From the NCBI RefSeq assembly GCF_006345805.1, contig NW_021832692.1, positions 1-29,988 of the forward strand: DNA of 29,988 nucleotides, given 5' to 3'. Positions within the stretch are counted from its first letter, which is position 1, and each line of letters starts with the position of its first letter. Shown here piece after piece: positions 21,167 through 29,988 of the stretch. The stretch is from Octopus sinensis. Taxonomy: Eukaryota. The translations under genes were made by a program, and so were the position numbers. A model generated the notes under the pieces. That model did not search any database. It saw only the letters and a program-made list of their open reading frames with translations, and was not told where the DNA came from.

Positions 21167-21329
21167 GCAACCTTTTCAATAGTCTTGACTCTCAAGACTA
21201 TTGAAAAGGTTGCAAGACGCAACGAAAATTTTAGGAAGATAAGAATAAGAAATAAATGGAAATTTTACCGGTGAGTGTGTTACGTTATAAGGCACAAAAA
21301 GAAAATGATTCTCCCCAGACACAACTGTA
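21167..21329. mobile_element. Probable half of a palindromic MITE: perfect 22-bp hairpin at one end and a Tc1/pogo-like CAGT terminus with TA at the other
   Basis: 21167-21188 and 21192-21213 are exact reverse complements. The segment ends ...ccccagacacaactg|TA (minus strand TA|CAGTTGTGTCTGGGG). Confidence 0.5.
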
Positions 21330-21692
21330 TATATATGTATATATATGTATATATATGCGTACACACATACAGACATACACACAAACACACAAACACACAC
21401 CAAGGTAATTACGAAGGTAATTGTATATATTTATTAGTTAGATAGATGAGTCTTAGAAAGGAAAGTGGCATTCATGATGTCAATGTACATAATTTATGTA
21501 CCATGCCACCAGCTTTCAGAGGAGAATATATCATCAATCCTACTGGATGTATAATTGATCCCAGCAAGGTTTGAGCTTAAAGAATTGGATCAATAACTTC
21601 ATGACAGCTTCAAGTTTCAGCCAACACACTTCTTTCACAAAAGCAATGATTTGTTTTACGTACAGAACTAGTAATATTTAGTAAAAGAGGCA

Positions 21693-22010
21693 AGGCGGTG
21701 AGCTGGCAGAAATGTTAGCATGCCGGGCGAAATGCTTAGCAGTATTTCGTCTTCCGCTACGTTCTGAGTTCAAATTCCGCCGAGGTCGACTTTGCCTTTC
21801 ATCCTTTCGGGGTCGATAAATTAAGTACCAGTTATGCACTGGGGTCGATATAATCGACTTAATTCGTTTGTCTGTCCTTGTTTGTTCTCTCTGTGTTTAG
21901 ACCCTTCTGGGTAGTAAAGAAATAGGTATTCCCTCAGTCTTTATGTTCCTTGTTCAAATTCTCCCAGGGTCGGCAGTACTTTTCGGGCTCAATAAAATAA
22001 GTATGAAGGA
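21693..22010 (+). mobile_element. SINE family B (tRNA-like head, Meta/MESC-like domain) with partial second unit
   Basis: AGGCGGTGAGCTGGCAGAA...GAGTTCAAATTCC (B-box-like)...GTCGACTTTGCCTTTCATCCTTTCGGGGTCGATAAATTAAGTACCAG. Homologues at 14673, 22553, 23222, 23933 and 27987. Confidence 0.85.
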
Positions 22011-22552
22011 CTTGTAAACACTGCTTTTTTTATTACACACAAAATCAATTTTTCTTCTGCTTCTCTTCCTCCTCCTTTTCCCCATCTTCCCTCTCTGTCT
22101 CTCCATTCGTTCTTCTATCTTGACTACTCCCATCTATCATCTTTAAATACTTCCTTAATCATTTGTCAACCATGGCTACGTGTCCGATCAACGCCACCGT
22201 CCAACAGTATATCTTTCCTTTCATACATTTCCATATTTATCTCTCTTTCTATCTCTTTTCTCATTATCTTAAGTTATCTGATCCTCACGATCGATCCAAC
22301 ACATAATTCCCGAAGCATTAATACCATATGATAATCCTTATCGTCTTATCTTCTTTTTTCATTATTTTCCCTAGTGCACATGGTTTTTTTCTCTTTGTGT
22401 CTTATTGTTCCAAGTGCACACGTACTCAATGTAAGAAATTGCTTATTTATTCCTTTGTGACCAATTCTATGATTCCGGCACGAAGCTGGAGTTGTATTAA
22501 TGGTGTTTTCTCTTTAATTAACTTGTTCATTTTGGTCGCATATTCCCCTCCA

Positions 22553-23200
22553 ATGGTAAGGCGGGAAACCAAAAGAATCGTTAGCTATCTATCTATCCAC
22601 TCAGTCGAAGTCGACTCTCGGTCACTCCTTGGATCAGTGTCCTCCAGTCAGTTCTATCCTGGGCCGCTTCTTTAAGACTGGCTATGTCCATTCCGGTATC
22701 ACTCTTGATGGTGTCAAGCCAGCAGGTTCTTGGTCAGCCTCTTCCTTTCTTGCGACTGACAATTCCGAGCATGATGTCCTTCTCCAGGGATTTTCTCCGC
22801 ATAATATGACCGAAATATGCCAATCTATGCTTGGTGATCCAAGCTTCCCCTCCAAAGCCCAACCGTTCTCCTCACCGTGGTGCTGGGGGTGGCAACGGCA
22901 TATGATAAGTATTTTGGCTAAACGGCTCTGGCCTGGGGAAAGATCTGGCCACCTACCCCAGTATCCTGGCCAATATACTATGGATCAAAAGTGTAAGAAT
23001 CGTTAGCGAAGAGGACTAAATGCTTAGCGGCATTGTTTCTGGCTCTTTACGCTCTGAGTTTAACTTCCGCCCAGGTCGACATTGCCATTCATCTTTTCAT
23101 GATCAATCAAAAAGATACCAGTTGAGCAATGCGGTAGATGCAGTAGACTAGCTCTTTCCTACAACATTTCAAGCCCTGCGCCTATAGTAAAAAGAGAAAA
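22553..23200 (+). mobile_element. SINE family B copy interrupted in its head by the RTE insertion
   Basis: tggtaaggcggg...aagaatcgttagc | insertion | aagaatcgttagc...aaatgcttagcggc...ctctgagtttaac...gtcgacattgccattcatc. Confidence 0.7.
22586..22994 (-). mobile_element. RTE/BovB-clade LINE 3' end with (GATA)n tail, 13-bp TSD and inverted 5' segment
   Basis: Minus strand reads ITKHRLAYFGHIMRRKSLEKDIMLGIVSRKKGRG*PRTCWLDTIKSDTGMDIASLKEAAQDRTDWRTLIQGVTESRLRLSG*, a typical RTE C-terminus, followed by a tail gatagatagata. TSD AAGAATCGTTAGC at 22573-22585 and 22995-23007. Confidence 0.88.
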
Positions 23201-23221
23201 AAAATTGTCTCTACTTATGTT

Positions 23222-23359
23222 AAGGAGGTGAGTTGCTGGAATCGTTATCATGCCAGACAAAATGCTTCTAAACATTTCTCCAGTTTTATGTTTTAATTTA
23301 AAATTACTCTGAGGTCGACTTTGCCTTTCATTCTTTGGGTTACCGAAATAAATAAGTAC

Positions 23360-23360
<1 letters not shown>
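23222..23360 (+). mobile_element. Decayed SINE family B
   Basis: taaggaggtgagttgctggaatcgtta.catgcc..acaaaatgctt...gaggtcgactttgcctttcattctttgg...aaataagtac. Confidence 0.7.
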
Positions 23361-23390
<30 letters not shown>

Positions 23391-23481
23391 TGTATGTATG
23401 TATGTATGTATGTATGTATGTATGTATGTATGTATGTATGTATGTGTGCAAGCATTTATGCATGTCTGTCTCTCTGTCCCA

Positions 23482-23512
<31 letters not shown>

Positions 23513-23521
23513 CATCTATCT

Positions 23522-23579
<58 letters not shown>

Positions 23580-23650
23580 CGTCTGTCTGTCTATATATCT
23601 ACCTACCTGCCTGCCTGTCTACCTGTCCGTTCGTCCGTCAGTCTGTCTGT
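23360..23650. repeat. (TATG)n followed by (TATC)n and (CTGT/CCTG)n tetranucleotide arrays
   Basis: Directly visible. Confidence 0.92.
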
Positions 23651-23932
23651 CTTCCTGATGGTCGCCTCATCTTTGCAGATGATAGCCGTCTCACATTCAA
23701 CTTGATTGTTCTGATTTGCTGTCATCCTTGTATGCGCACGGATATGACGTTTTACGCCATAGATAAATCACCATGGCACTCCATAGAAATCAAATAGTAG
23801 AGAGAGACATCCGTACAGCATCGGAATTAAGTGACAAAGGTTTGTACAACACTTTTACAACTCTCTCGGTTGCCTTAGCAGCTTCTAGTGACAAGCATTG
23901 CAAGATGTCTAGTATTATTTTGACTGCAAGTA

Positions 23933-24105
23933 AGGCGGCGAGCTGGCAGAGTCGTTAGCACGCCGGGCGAAAAGCTTAGTAGTATTTCGTCCGTCTTTAC
24001 GTTCTGAGTTCAATTTCTGCCGAGTCGACTTCACCTTTCATCTTACCGGAGTAAATAAAATAAGTACCAGTGAAACACTGGGGTCGATGTAATCGACTCC
24101 TACCC
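23933..24105 (+). mobile_element. SINE family B
   Basis: aaggcggcgagctggcagagtcgttagcacgccgggcgaaa...gttctgagttcaa...gtcgacttcacctttcatc...aaaataagtaccagtgaaacactggggtcgatgtaatcgact. Confidence 0.85.
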
Positions 24106-24924
24106 ACCACTTCGAGCAAAGCTCTTCTTCAGAAATAGGAAACAGAGGAAAGTCCAAACAGAAAAAGAAAACGGAGGACAAAATCGCTAACATTCCACAA
24201 CTATATATATATATATATATATAGGTAAATAGATAGATGATAGATAGAGTGAGAGATAGACAGACAGACAAATGGATAGAAATAGAAATAGATAGATTAC
24301 ACGGGCTTAGAATTTAGGGACAATCACCGAAAGAAATATCACAATGTATTACGTGTATTTGTATATATATTTGTGTGTGTGTGTATATAACACGTGTATA
24401 TATGTATGTATTATATGACATGTCTGTTCTGCTGTTTCATTTATTTGAATTAAACAGATTTCTCCTCGGTCAGGCACGCCCATTTCCATTTAATTATAAT
24501 CTGGATGCTTGATCAGAATCCCGTCTTTGTGACTGTACATCAAATGCTTTACTCAAACAAGTAGATTTTGTTATTTATCCTGGCACCGGTAAACTTCTAA
24601 TTCTAAAAGAAACTAAGCTTTAATACGGGCGTCCAGGAGAAATGTTTTTCGAAATTAAATATTGACATTTAACGGTATTATTTCAGTGACTATCACTCAC
24701 GTGAAATTGTGAGTTCTATTAGCAACACATCTATAATTGCATCTGTGTTTTATCACCGTCTATAGATGAACTGGATGAAGGTTTCCGTTTAATTTATTTA
24801 CTGTGAACTGACACGTGTATGTAATTGATATTAAACAAAGAAGAAACGGCAAATAGACGGCGGGCGTGTTCCAAGCATGAGGTTTACTGGTCGACGCTGA
24901 GATTTAATGAATAATAGAATATAC

Positions 24925-24956
<32 letters not shown>

Positions 24957-25265
24957 GCAAATAATATATATATATATATATATACTCGCATATATACAAA
25001 GACACACAGACATGCACACGTATACACAGATACATAATATATATATTCATGCTTATAAATATATGCTTATACATGTACGTGTGTATGTGTTTGTGTCTGT
25101 GTTTGTGCGCGCGTGTGTGTGTGTGTGTGTGTCTGTGTTTCTATTGTCTCACAAACTAGATCGGAGATCAACAGTATATTGGAAAGCAGAAAAGTGCGAA
25201 CGCCTCGAAAACAATATATACTGAGGTAAACAATGCGGTCGACGATACTCGTTTAACGACTGCTC

Positions 25266-25320
<55 letters not shown>

Positions 25321-25459
25321 GTAATAATAATAATAATAATAATATATAATAATAATAGTAATAGTAATAGTAATAATAATAATAGTAATATAATAAAATA
25401 ATAATAATAATAATAATATTAATAATAATAATAATAATAATAATAGTAATAAAATAATA

Positions 25460-25490
<31 letters not shown>

Positions 25491-25664
25491 GTAATAATAT
25501 AATAATAATATAATAATATAATAATAATAATAATAATATAATATAATAATAATAATAGTAATAATAATAGTAATAGTAATAGTAATAATAATAATAGTAA
25601 ATAATAATAATAATAATTAATAATAATAATAATAATAATATTAATAATAATAATAATAATAATA

Positions 25665-25704
<40 letters not shown>

Positions 25705-25709
25705 TAGTA

Positions 25710-25740
<31 letters not shown>

Positions 25741-25741
25741 T
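25266..25741. repeat. Long (TAA)n array with TAG variants (~475 bp)
   Basis: Directly visible. Confidence 0.95.
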
Positions 25742-25744
25742 TAG

Positions 25745-26535
25745 TATTATTTCTTTATTGACCACAAAAGGTCAATACCAAGAAAAGCATTATGGACGGT
25801 ACAGGACAAAGCATTGAATGCGTGTATATTTGTGTGTGCGTGTGTGTTGTGATGGTTTTGTGTGTAAGCAGATTTAACTTAAAAACAAACATCTTAATAA
25901 CGTGTAATCCTCAACAGAGAGAAGTTCATGAAAAACCACGGTGCCCTGAATTCTGTGGCAGGTGCCTTTTCGCAGTTCTTTACCTCCGATTACAAGAATA
26001 TGCTCAGGGCAGGCCCGTTTACTCGCAGCATTCTCGTCACTCTTATCCACCTTTCAACAAAATGGCTAGAAGCGACACTTCTCTCGCTACCCTTATTGGC
26101 CAAAATATCGTCCACCATACAAACTTTTTCGTCATGACCACCAGGTATATAAAACTGCCTGCTCTTCCCGATTAAAGCAAGGCGGCTGAGCGATCTTCAC
26201 GATGGATTCATTTGATAGCCGGAGCCGACCCACATGCGACAGCAGGTTTTCGACATAAGCTCACTTGTCACACAGTGCTTGGGCACTGGAAGAGTGCATG
26301 CAGGACGGTAACGTCGTCCTGTGTGCACCTCGGACATGCTCGGCTGACAGCAATTCCGTCCCTGTAAAATTTGTCGAGAAAAGGCAAAGCTCCCCGATAG
26401 CACTGCCAAGCCAGGGATTTCTGGTAGTTATCTATCAGTCTGGGGCTGAAATATATCCGGAAGAGAGCAGTTAGCTGATTGTCTTCGACGATCAAATTTT
26501 CCCCAAGATTGGCAGCGTACTTTCCCGCCGCTTAT
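25745..26535 (-). mobile_element. 5'-truncated L1/Tx1-clade LINE: ORF2 C-terminus with zf-RVT-type CCHC motif and 3' UTR
   Basis: Minus strand reads IDNYQKSLAWQCYRGALPFLDKFYRDGIAVSRACPRCTQDDVTVLHALFQCPSTV, with the W.....LP, CP.C...E...H....C pattern. It continues *AYVENLLSHVGRLRLSNESIVKI...RWIRVTRMLRVNGPALSIFL* (stop ~25990). AATAAA lies just before the TTA array. Confidence 0.82.
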
Positions 26536-26800
26536 CCTCTAATAATAAAAACAATAATGATAATATGGAACATAACAAGTCAGATAATACAATAATAAAC
26601 AAGGAAGATTGAATTTACATACTTATCGACCCGTGATGTACATTTGATTTGAGATTGTGAAGAGAGCCGATGAAAAGCTGAAAAAGTACAACCCCTGTAA
26701 TTTGAGACAGGGAGGATTTGGAGCACGAAATTTGTGAAGATTAAGCATGTAGTAATTAGTAGTGAGTGTTGATGATGAAATAGACTAATGAATTTTTAAA

Positions 26801-27121
26801 GACTCCGCCGGTTATGACGACGAGGGTCCCAGCTGATACGATCAACGGAACAGCTTGCTCGTGAAATTAACGTGCAAATGGCTGAGCATTCCACAGACAC
26901 GTGTACCCTTAACGTAGTTCTCGGGGATAATCAGCGTGACACAGAGAGTGACAAGGCTGACCCTTTGAAATACAAGTACAACTCATTTTTGCCAGCTGAG
27001 TGGACTGGAGCAACGTGAAATAAAGTGTCTTGCTCAAGGACACAACGCGTCGCCGGGAATCGAACTCACAACCTTACGATCATGAGCCGAATGCCCTAAC
27101 CACTAAGCCACGCGCCCTCAC
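26801..27121 (-). mobile_element. tRNA-derived SINE family C (CORE-like)
   Basis: Minus strand GTGAGGGCGCGTGGCTTAGTGGTTAGGG (A box)...GAGTTCGATTCCC (B box), then GTGTCCTTGAGCAAGACACTT...CTCAGCTGGCAAAAATGAG (CORE-like). Confidence 0.82.
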
Positions 27122-27345
27122 GACTAATGAATAAAAGAGATTGGAAAGGAGTGTCCTGTAGAGGTTTGCTTCTAAGTAACAGGAAAGATCATTAGAAGTG
27201 TTTGAATGCTGACGACTAATTGAAATTAAGTGGATATTTAAGGTTACAGGTAGTAACAACATGCTACCTGCATAAATTCTATCAAAAATAAGATCAATCA
27301 AAAATAAGATCAATCCAGCAACAACAAGAACAACAACAATAATAA

Positions 27346-27590
27346 TACTCCTTTACTCTTTTACTCTTTTACTTGTTTCAGTCATTTGACTGCGGCCATG
27401 CTGGAGCACCGCCTTTTAGTAGAGCAAATCGACCCCAAGACTTATTCTTTGTAAGCCTAGTACTTATTCTATCAGTCTCTTTTGCCGAACCGCTAAGTTA
27501 CGGGGACGTAAACACACAAGCATCGGTTGTCAGGTGATGTTGGGGGGACAAACACAGACACACAAACACACACATATATATACATATATA
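27346..27590 (-). mobile_element. 3' half of SINE family A
   Basis: Closely matches 19941-20190. Confidence 0.88.
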
Positions 27591-27602
27591 ATAATAATAA
27601 TA

Positions 27603-27643
<41 letters not shown>

Positions 27644-27680
27644 AATAATGATGATAATAATAAAATAATAATAATAATAA

Positions 27681-27712
<32 letters not shown>

Positions 27713-27726
27713 ATAATATTAATGAT

Positions 27727-27796
<70 letters not shown>

Positions 27797-27924
27797 TGAT
27801 AATAATAATAATATTAATTATAATAATAATAATGATATTAATAATAATAATAATGATATTAATAATAATAATAATGATGATGATGATGATAATAATAATA
27901 ATAATAATGATGATGATGATGATG

Positions 27925-27987
<63 letters not shown>
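27590..27987. repeat. (TAA)n/(TGA)n compound trinucleotide array
   Basis: Directly visible; contiguous with the tail of the SINE B at 27987-28198. Confidence 0.95.
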
Positions 27988-27989
<2 letters not shown>

Positions 27990-28198
27990 CCTTTCTTCTA
28001 AAGACACAAGGCCTGAAGTTTTTCGAGAGGGGGCTAGTCGATAACATCCACCTCAGTTTTTCCTCTGGCACTTATTTCACCTACGCCGAAAGGATGATAG
28101 GCAATGTCGACCTCGGCGAAATTCGTAATTAGAAGACTGACGCAATGCTGCTGAACATTTTGCCCATCATGCTAACGATATTGCCAGCACGTCGCCTT
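27987..28198 (-). mobile_element. SINE family B with (ATT)n tail
   Basis: Minus strand aaaggcgacgtgctggcaatatcgttagcatgatgggcaaaatg...gaggtcgacattgcctatcatcctttcggcg...tcgactagcccc...aggccttgtgtct...gaaaggattattatt. Confidence 0.75.
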
Positions 28199-28539
28199 TA
28201 ATAGTACAAATATTAACGATAACGTGTCCACTGACTTTTTTAATGGAAGACACAGTGTTTGTGTGCTACTTGCGGAATATTGATTTGTGGAGCTTATTGA
28301 TGTCTTAGTATATATAACTAATAAAGCAGTAGGGCCTATTGCTCTGACCACGTCTATACTTTCGATCAATAGATGGAGTCGATTACATCTTATAATTGAC
28401 TGGTACAGTAGAAAATTATAAAATGCACCCCCATACATATAAATACGTGTATAATTACTTTTGTAAATATACACATAGACATATATGTACATATATATGC
28501 ATATATGTCTGCCTTACCCTCTATTTCTCTCTCGCTCTC

Positions 28540-28573
<34 letters not shown>

Positions 28574-28655
28574 GAGTGGGGAGACAAACGAAAGAACGAC
28601 GCACATAAAACATTTAGTAGGAGCTACATATTTATAGCAGTCCGATTTGGCGGGG

Positions 28656-28664
28656 ACTGAATCA

Positions 28665-28720
<56 letters not shown>

Positions 28721-28762
28721 TAATAATTGTAATAATAATGATAATAAAATAATAATAATAAT
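28656..28762. repeat. (TAA)n array
   Basis: Directly visible. Confidence 0.92.
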
Positions 28763-29112
28763 AAGAGCGCAAACCTCCGCCAAGGCTACACCAGCGGCCT
28801 CTCAGCGATTAGCTGGAGTTGGTTTTTAAAATGAGAATATCTGAAATAAACTCGACTACTCTCACAAATGAGAATGCTAAAAATGAACCCAGCTGCTCTT
28901 AAAAATTAAGTAGAAAAAAAACCCCAAAAAAACGGAAAAATAATCCAGAATCCTTGTCTGGTACCGGATTTATCCCCAAATCTAATCAGTTCGTGCCAGT
29001 CACGATGCTAAACATTCCTTAAAGTTTTATCCGAGTCCATCCAGCGGTTCTTGAGATATCTTTTCCACGGTCAAACAGTCAAACAATCAAACAAACACGA
29101 CTGAAAACAATA
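28762..29112 (+). mobile_element. Probable non-autonomous Helentron-associated (HINE/DINE-1-like) element, 3' end truncated
   Basis: Starts in a T/A-rich site (taagagcgcaaacctccgcc). Internal subrepeats (aaatgagaat twice), segment ccaaatctaatcag...aaagttttatccg...cggttcttgagatatc, then a degenerate (CAAA)n. The layout resembles HINEs, but the diagnostic 3' hairpin is absent. Confidence 0.4.
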
Positions 29113-29124
29113 TACACACAAACA

Positions 29125-29206
<82 letters not shown>

Positions 29207-29339
29207 AAAATAGTAAAGTGTGAAAAAAACGACAGAAGGCTTAAATGTTAAAAAATATATATATTTGTGTCAAAATGTCTGGAGAATATTGGAAAAATTT
29301 TTTTCCTTTCCTTAAAATGACATAATTTTAAAATTTTTA

Positions 29340-29379
29340 AAGAAATTACCGGTTTCGCGTGTAGCTTTTCAAATTTCTT
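29340..29379 (-). ncRNA. Degenerate minimal type I hammerhead motif in the PLE 3' UTR
   Basis: Minus strand AAGAAAT-TTGAAAA-GC-tacac-GC-GAA-ACCGGT-A-ATTTCTT: 7-bp stem I, palindromic stem III, GUA triplet, and a core two transitions away from CUGAAGA. Confidence 0.5.
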
Positions 29380-29988
29380 GTGACGTTATGTTTATATTGT
29401 ATGGAATTATCGTTGTTTTTATTTCCAGGAGATTTCTAAATAAGGGGAGGTAGTGAGTGATTTTTTCCGGTGTAGGGGAGATAATCGCTTAAAAAATTTT
29501 TTTTCCCATTTCCTTGTTAATTTCTCTGTGTCAGTATTTTCGGATGGTTGAGTCTGGGTTTGTACTTTTCAATGAAGAATGGTCCTTGTTCAGTCTCATT
29601 TGTGTTGATGATCCGAAAGCACATTGGTAAAATGGGAAGATTAAAAATTGTGGCAGTAGTTGCTTTGCGCATTTCTCGATGTGCTCACTAAGAGGTATCA
29701 TTCTATATTCTGGGAATGCAATCTGTTGTCGATGCAGTGTGCATCTGCGCCTGAGTGATAGTCCCGTGGAACCCACGTAGTCTTGGTGGCCCGGCCAGCA
29801 GCATTTATAAATAAATTATGTTTTCAGAGGCACAAGTAAAGTTAGATTTGATCTTAAATTTCTGTCCCTCTTTAAAGAAGAATTCTGATCCTTCCAATAG
29901 GTTAGGACATGTTGCACAGTTCGATCTACCACATTTTTTAACTTTTGCATCCGTAATTTTAGAAGACAATTTTGCCTTTGTGAGAATC
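29340..29988 (-). mobile_element. Second Cys-linker PLE, 3' portion (linker, GIY-YIG, 3' UTR); continues beyond the window end
   Basis: Minus strand reads KKCGRSNCATCPNLLEGSEFFFKEGQKFKIKSNFTCASENIIYL..(frameshift)..QDYVGSTGLSLRRRCTLHRQQIAFPEYRMIPLSEHIEKC...FLIFPFYQ. This gives a CxxxxCxxC linker, the FTC...NIIY motif and a YVG motif. Confidence 0.85.

Noticed and set aside
23655-23690. LIFADDSR, resembling an RT FADD motif
   Set aside because: Isolated; no flanking RT motifs in any frame.
24708-24735. 22-nt AG...GTGAGT micro-exon-like pair
   Set aside because: Weak pyrimidine tract and expected by chance; not distinguishable without RNA data.

Overview
AT-rich, microsatellite-dense eukaryotic DNA that is almost entirely repeat-derived. 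The SINE, LINE and microsatellite landscape suggests a coleoid cephalopod such as octopus; this is inference only. No host protein-coding gene, rRNA, true tRNA or CRISPR array can be supported, and most supplied ORFs are translations of simple repeats. The main feature is a ~5.1-kb, apparently full-length Neptune-type Penelope-like retroelement (PLE; 5578-10666) with RT (YIDD), a Cys-rich linker and a GIY-YIG endonuclease. It is bounded by ~590-bp direct pseudo-LTRs and sits inside the (TA)n of a tRNA-derived SINE. Each pseudo-LTR carries a minimal type I hammerhead ribozyme with an atypical CUGUUGA core. Two further decayed PLEs (1-1100 and 29340-29988), plus a weak fourth candidate near 11.2-11.9 kb, are present, and the first two have hammerhead remnants downstream. 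A separate hammerhead with a canonical core lies inside a ~230-bp fold-back palindrome (17752-17981). Also present are two head-to-tail Helitron units with a PIF1-like helicase remnant, an RTE/BovB-like insertion with a 13-bp TSD and an apparent 5' inversion, an L1/Tx1 3' fragment, a rearranged mariner fragment, a MITE-like half element, a HINE-like element and many copies of three SINE families. Translations, alignments and folds were done by eye, so boundaries of decayed elements are approximate.
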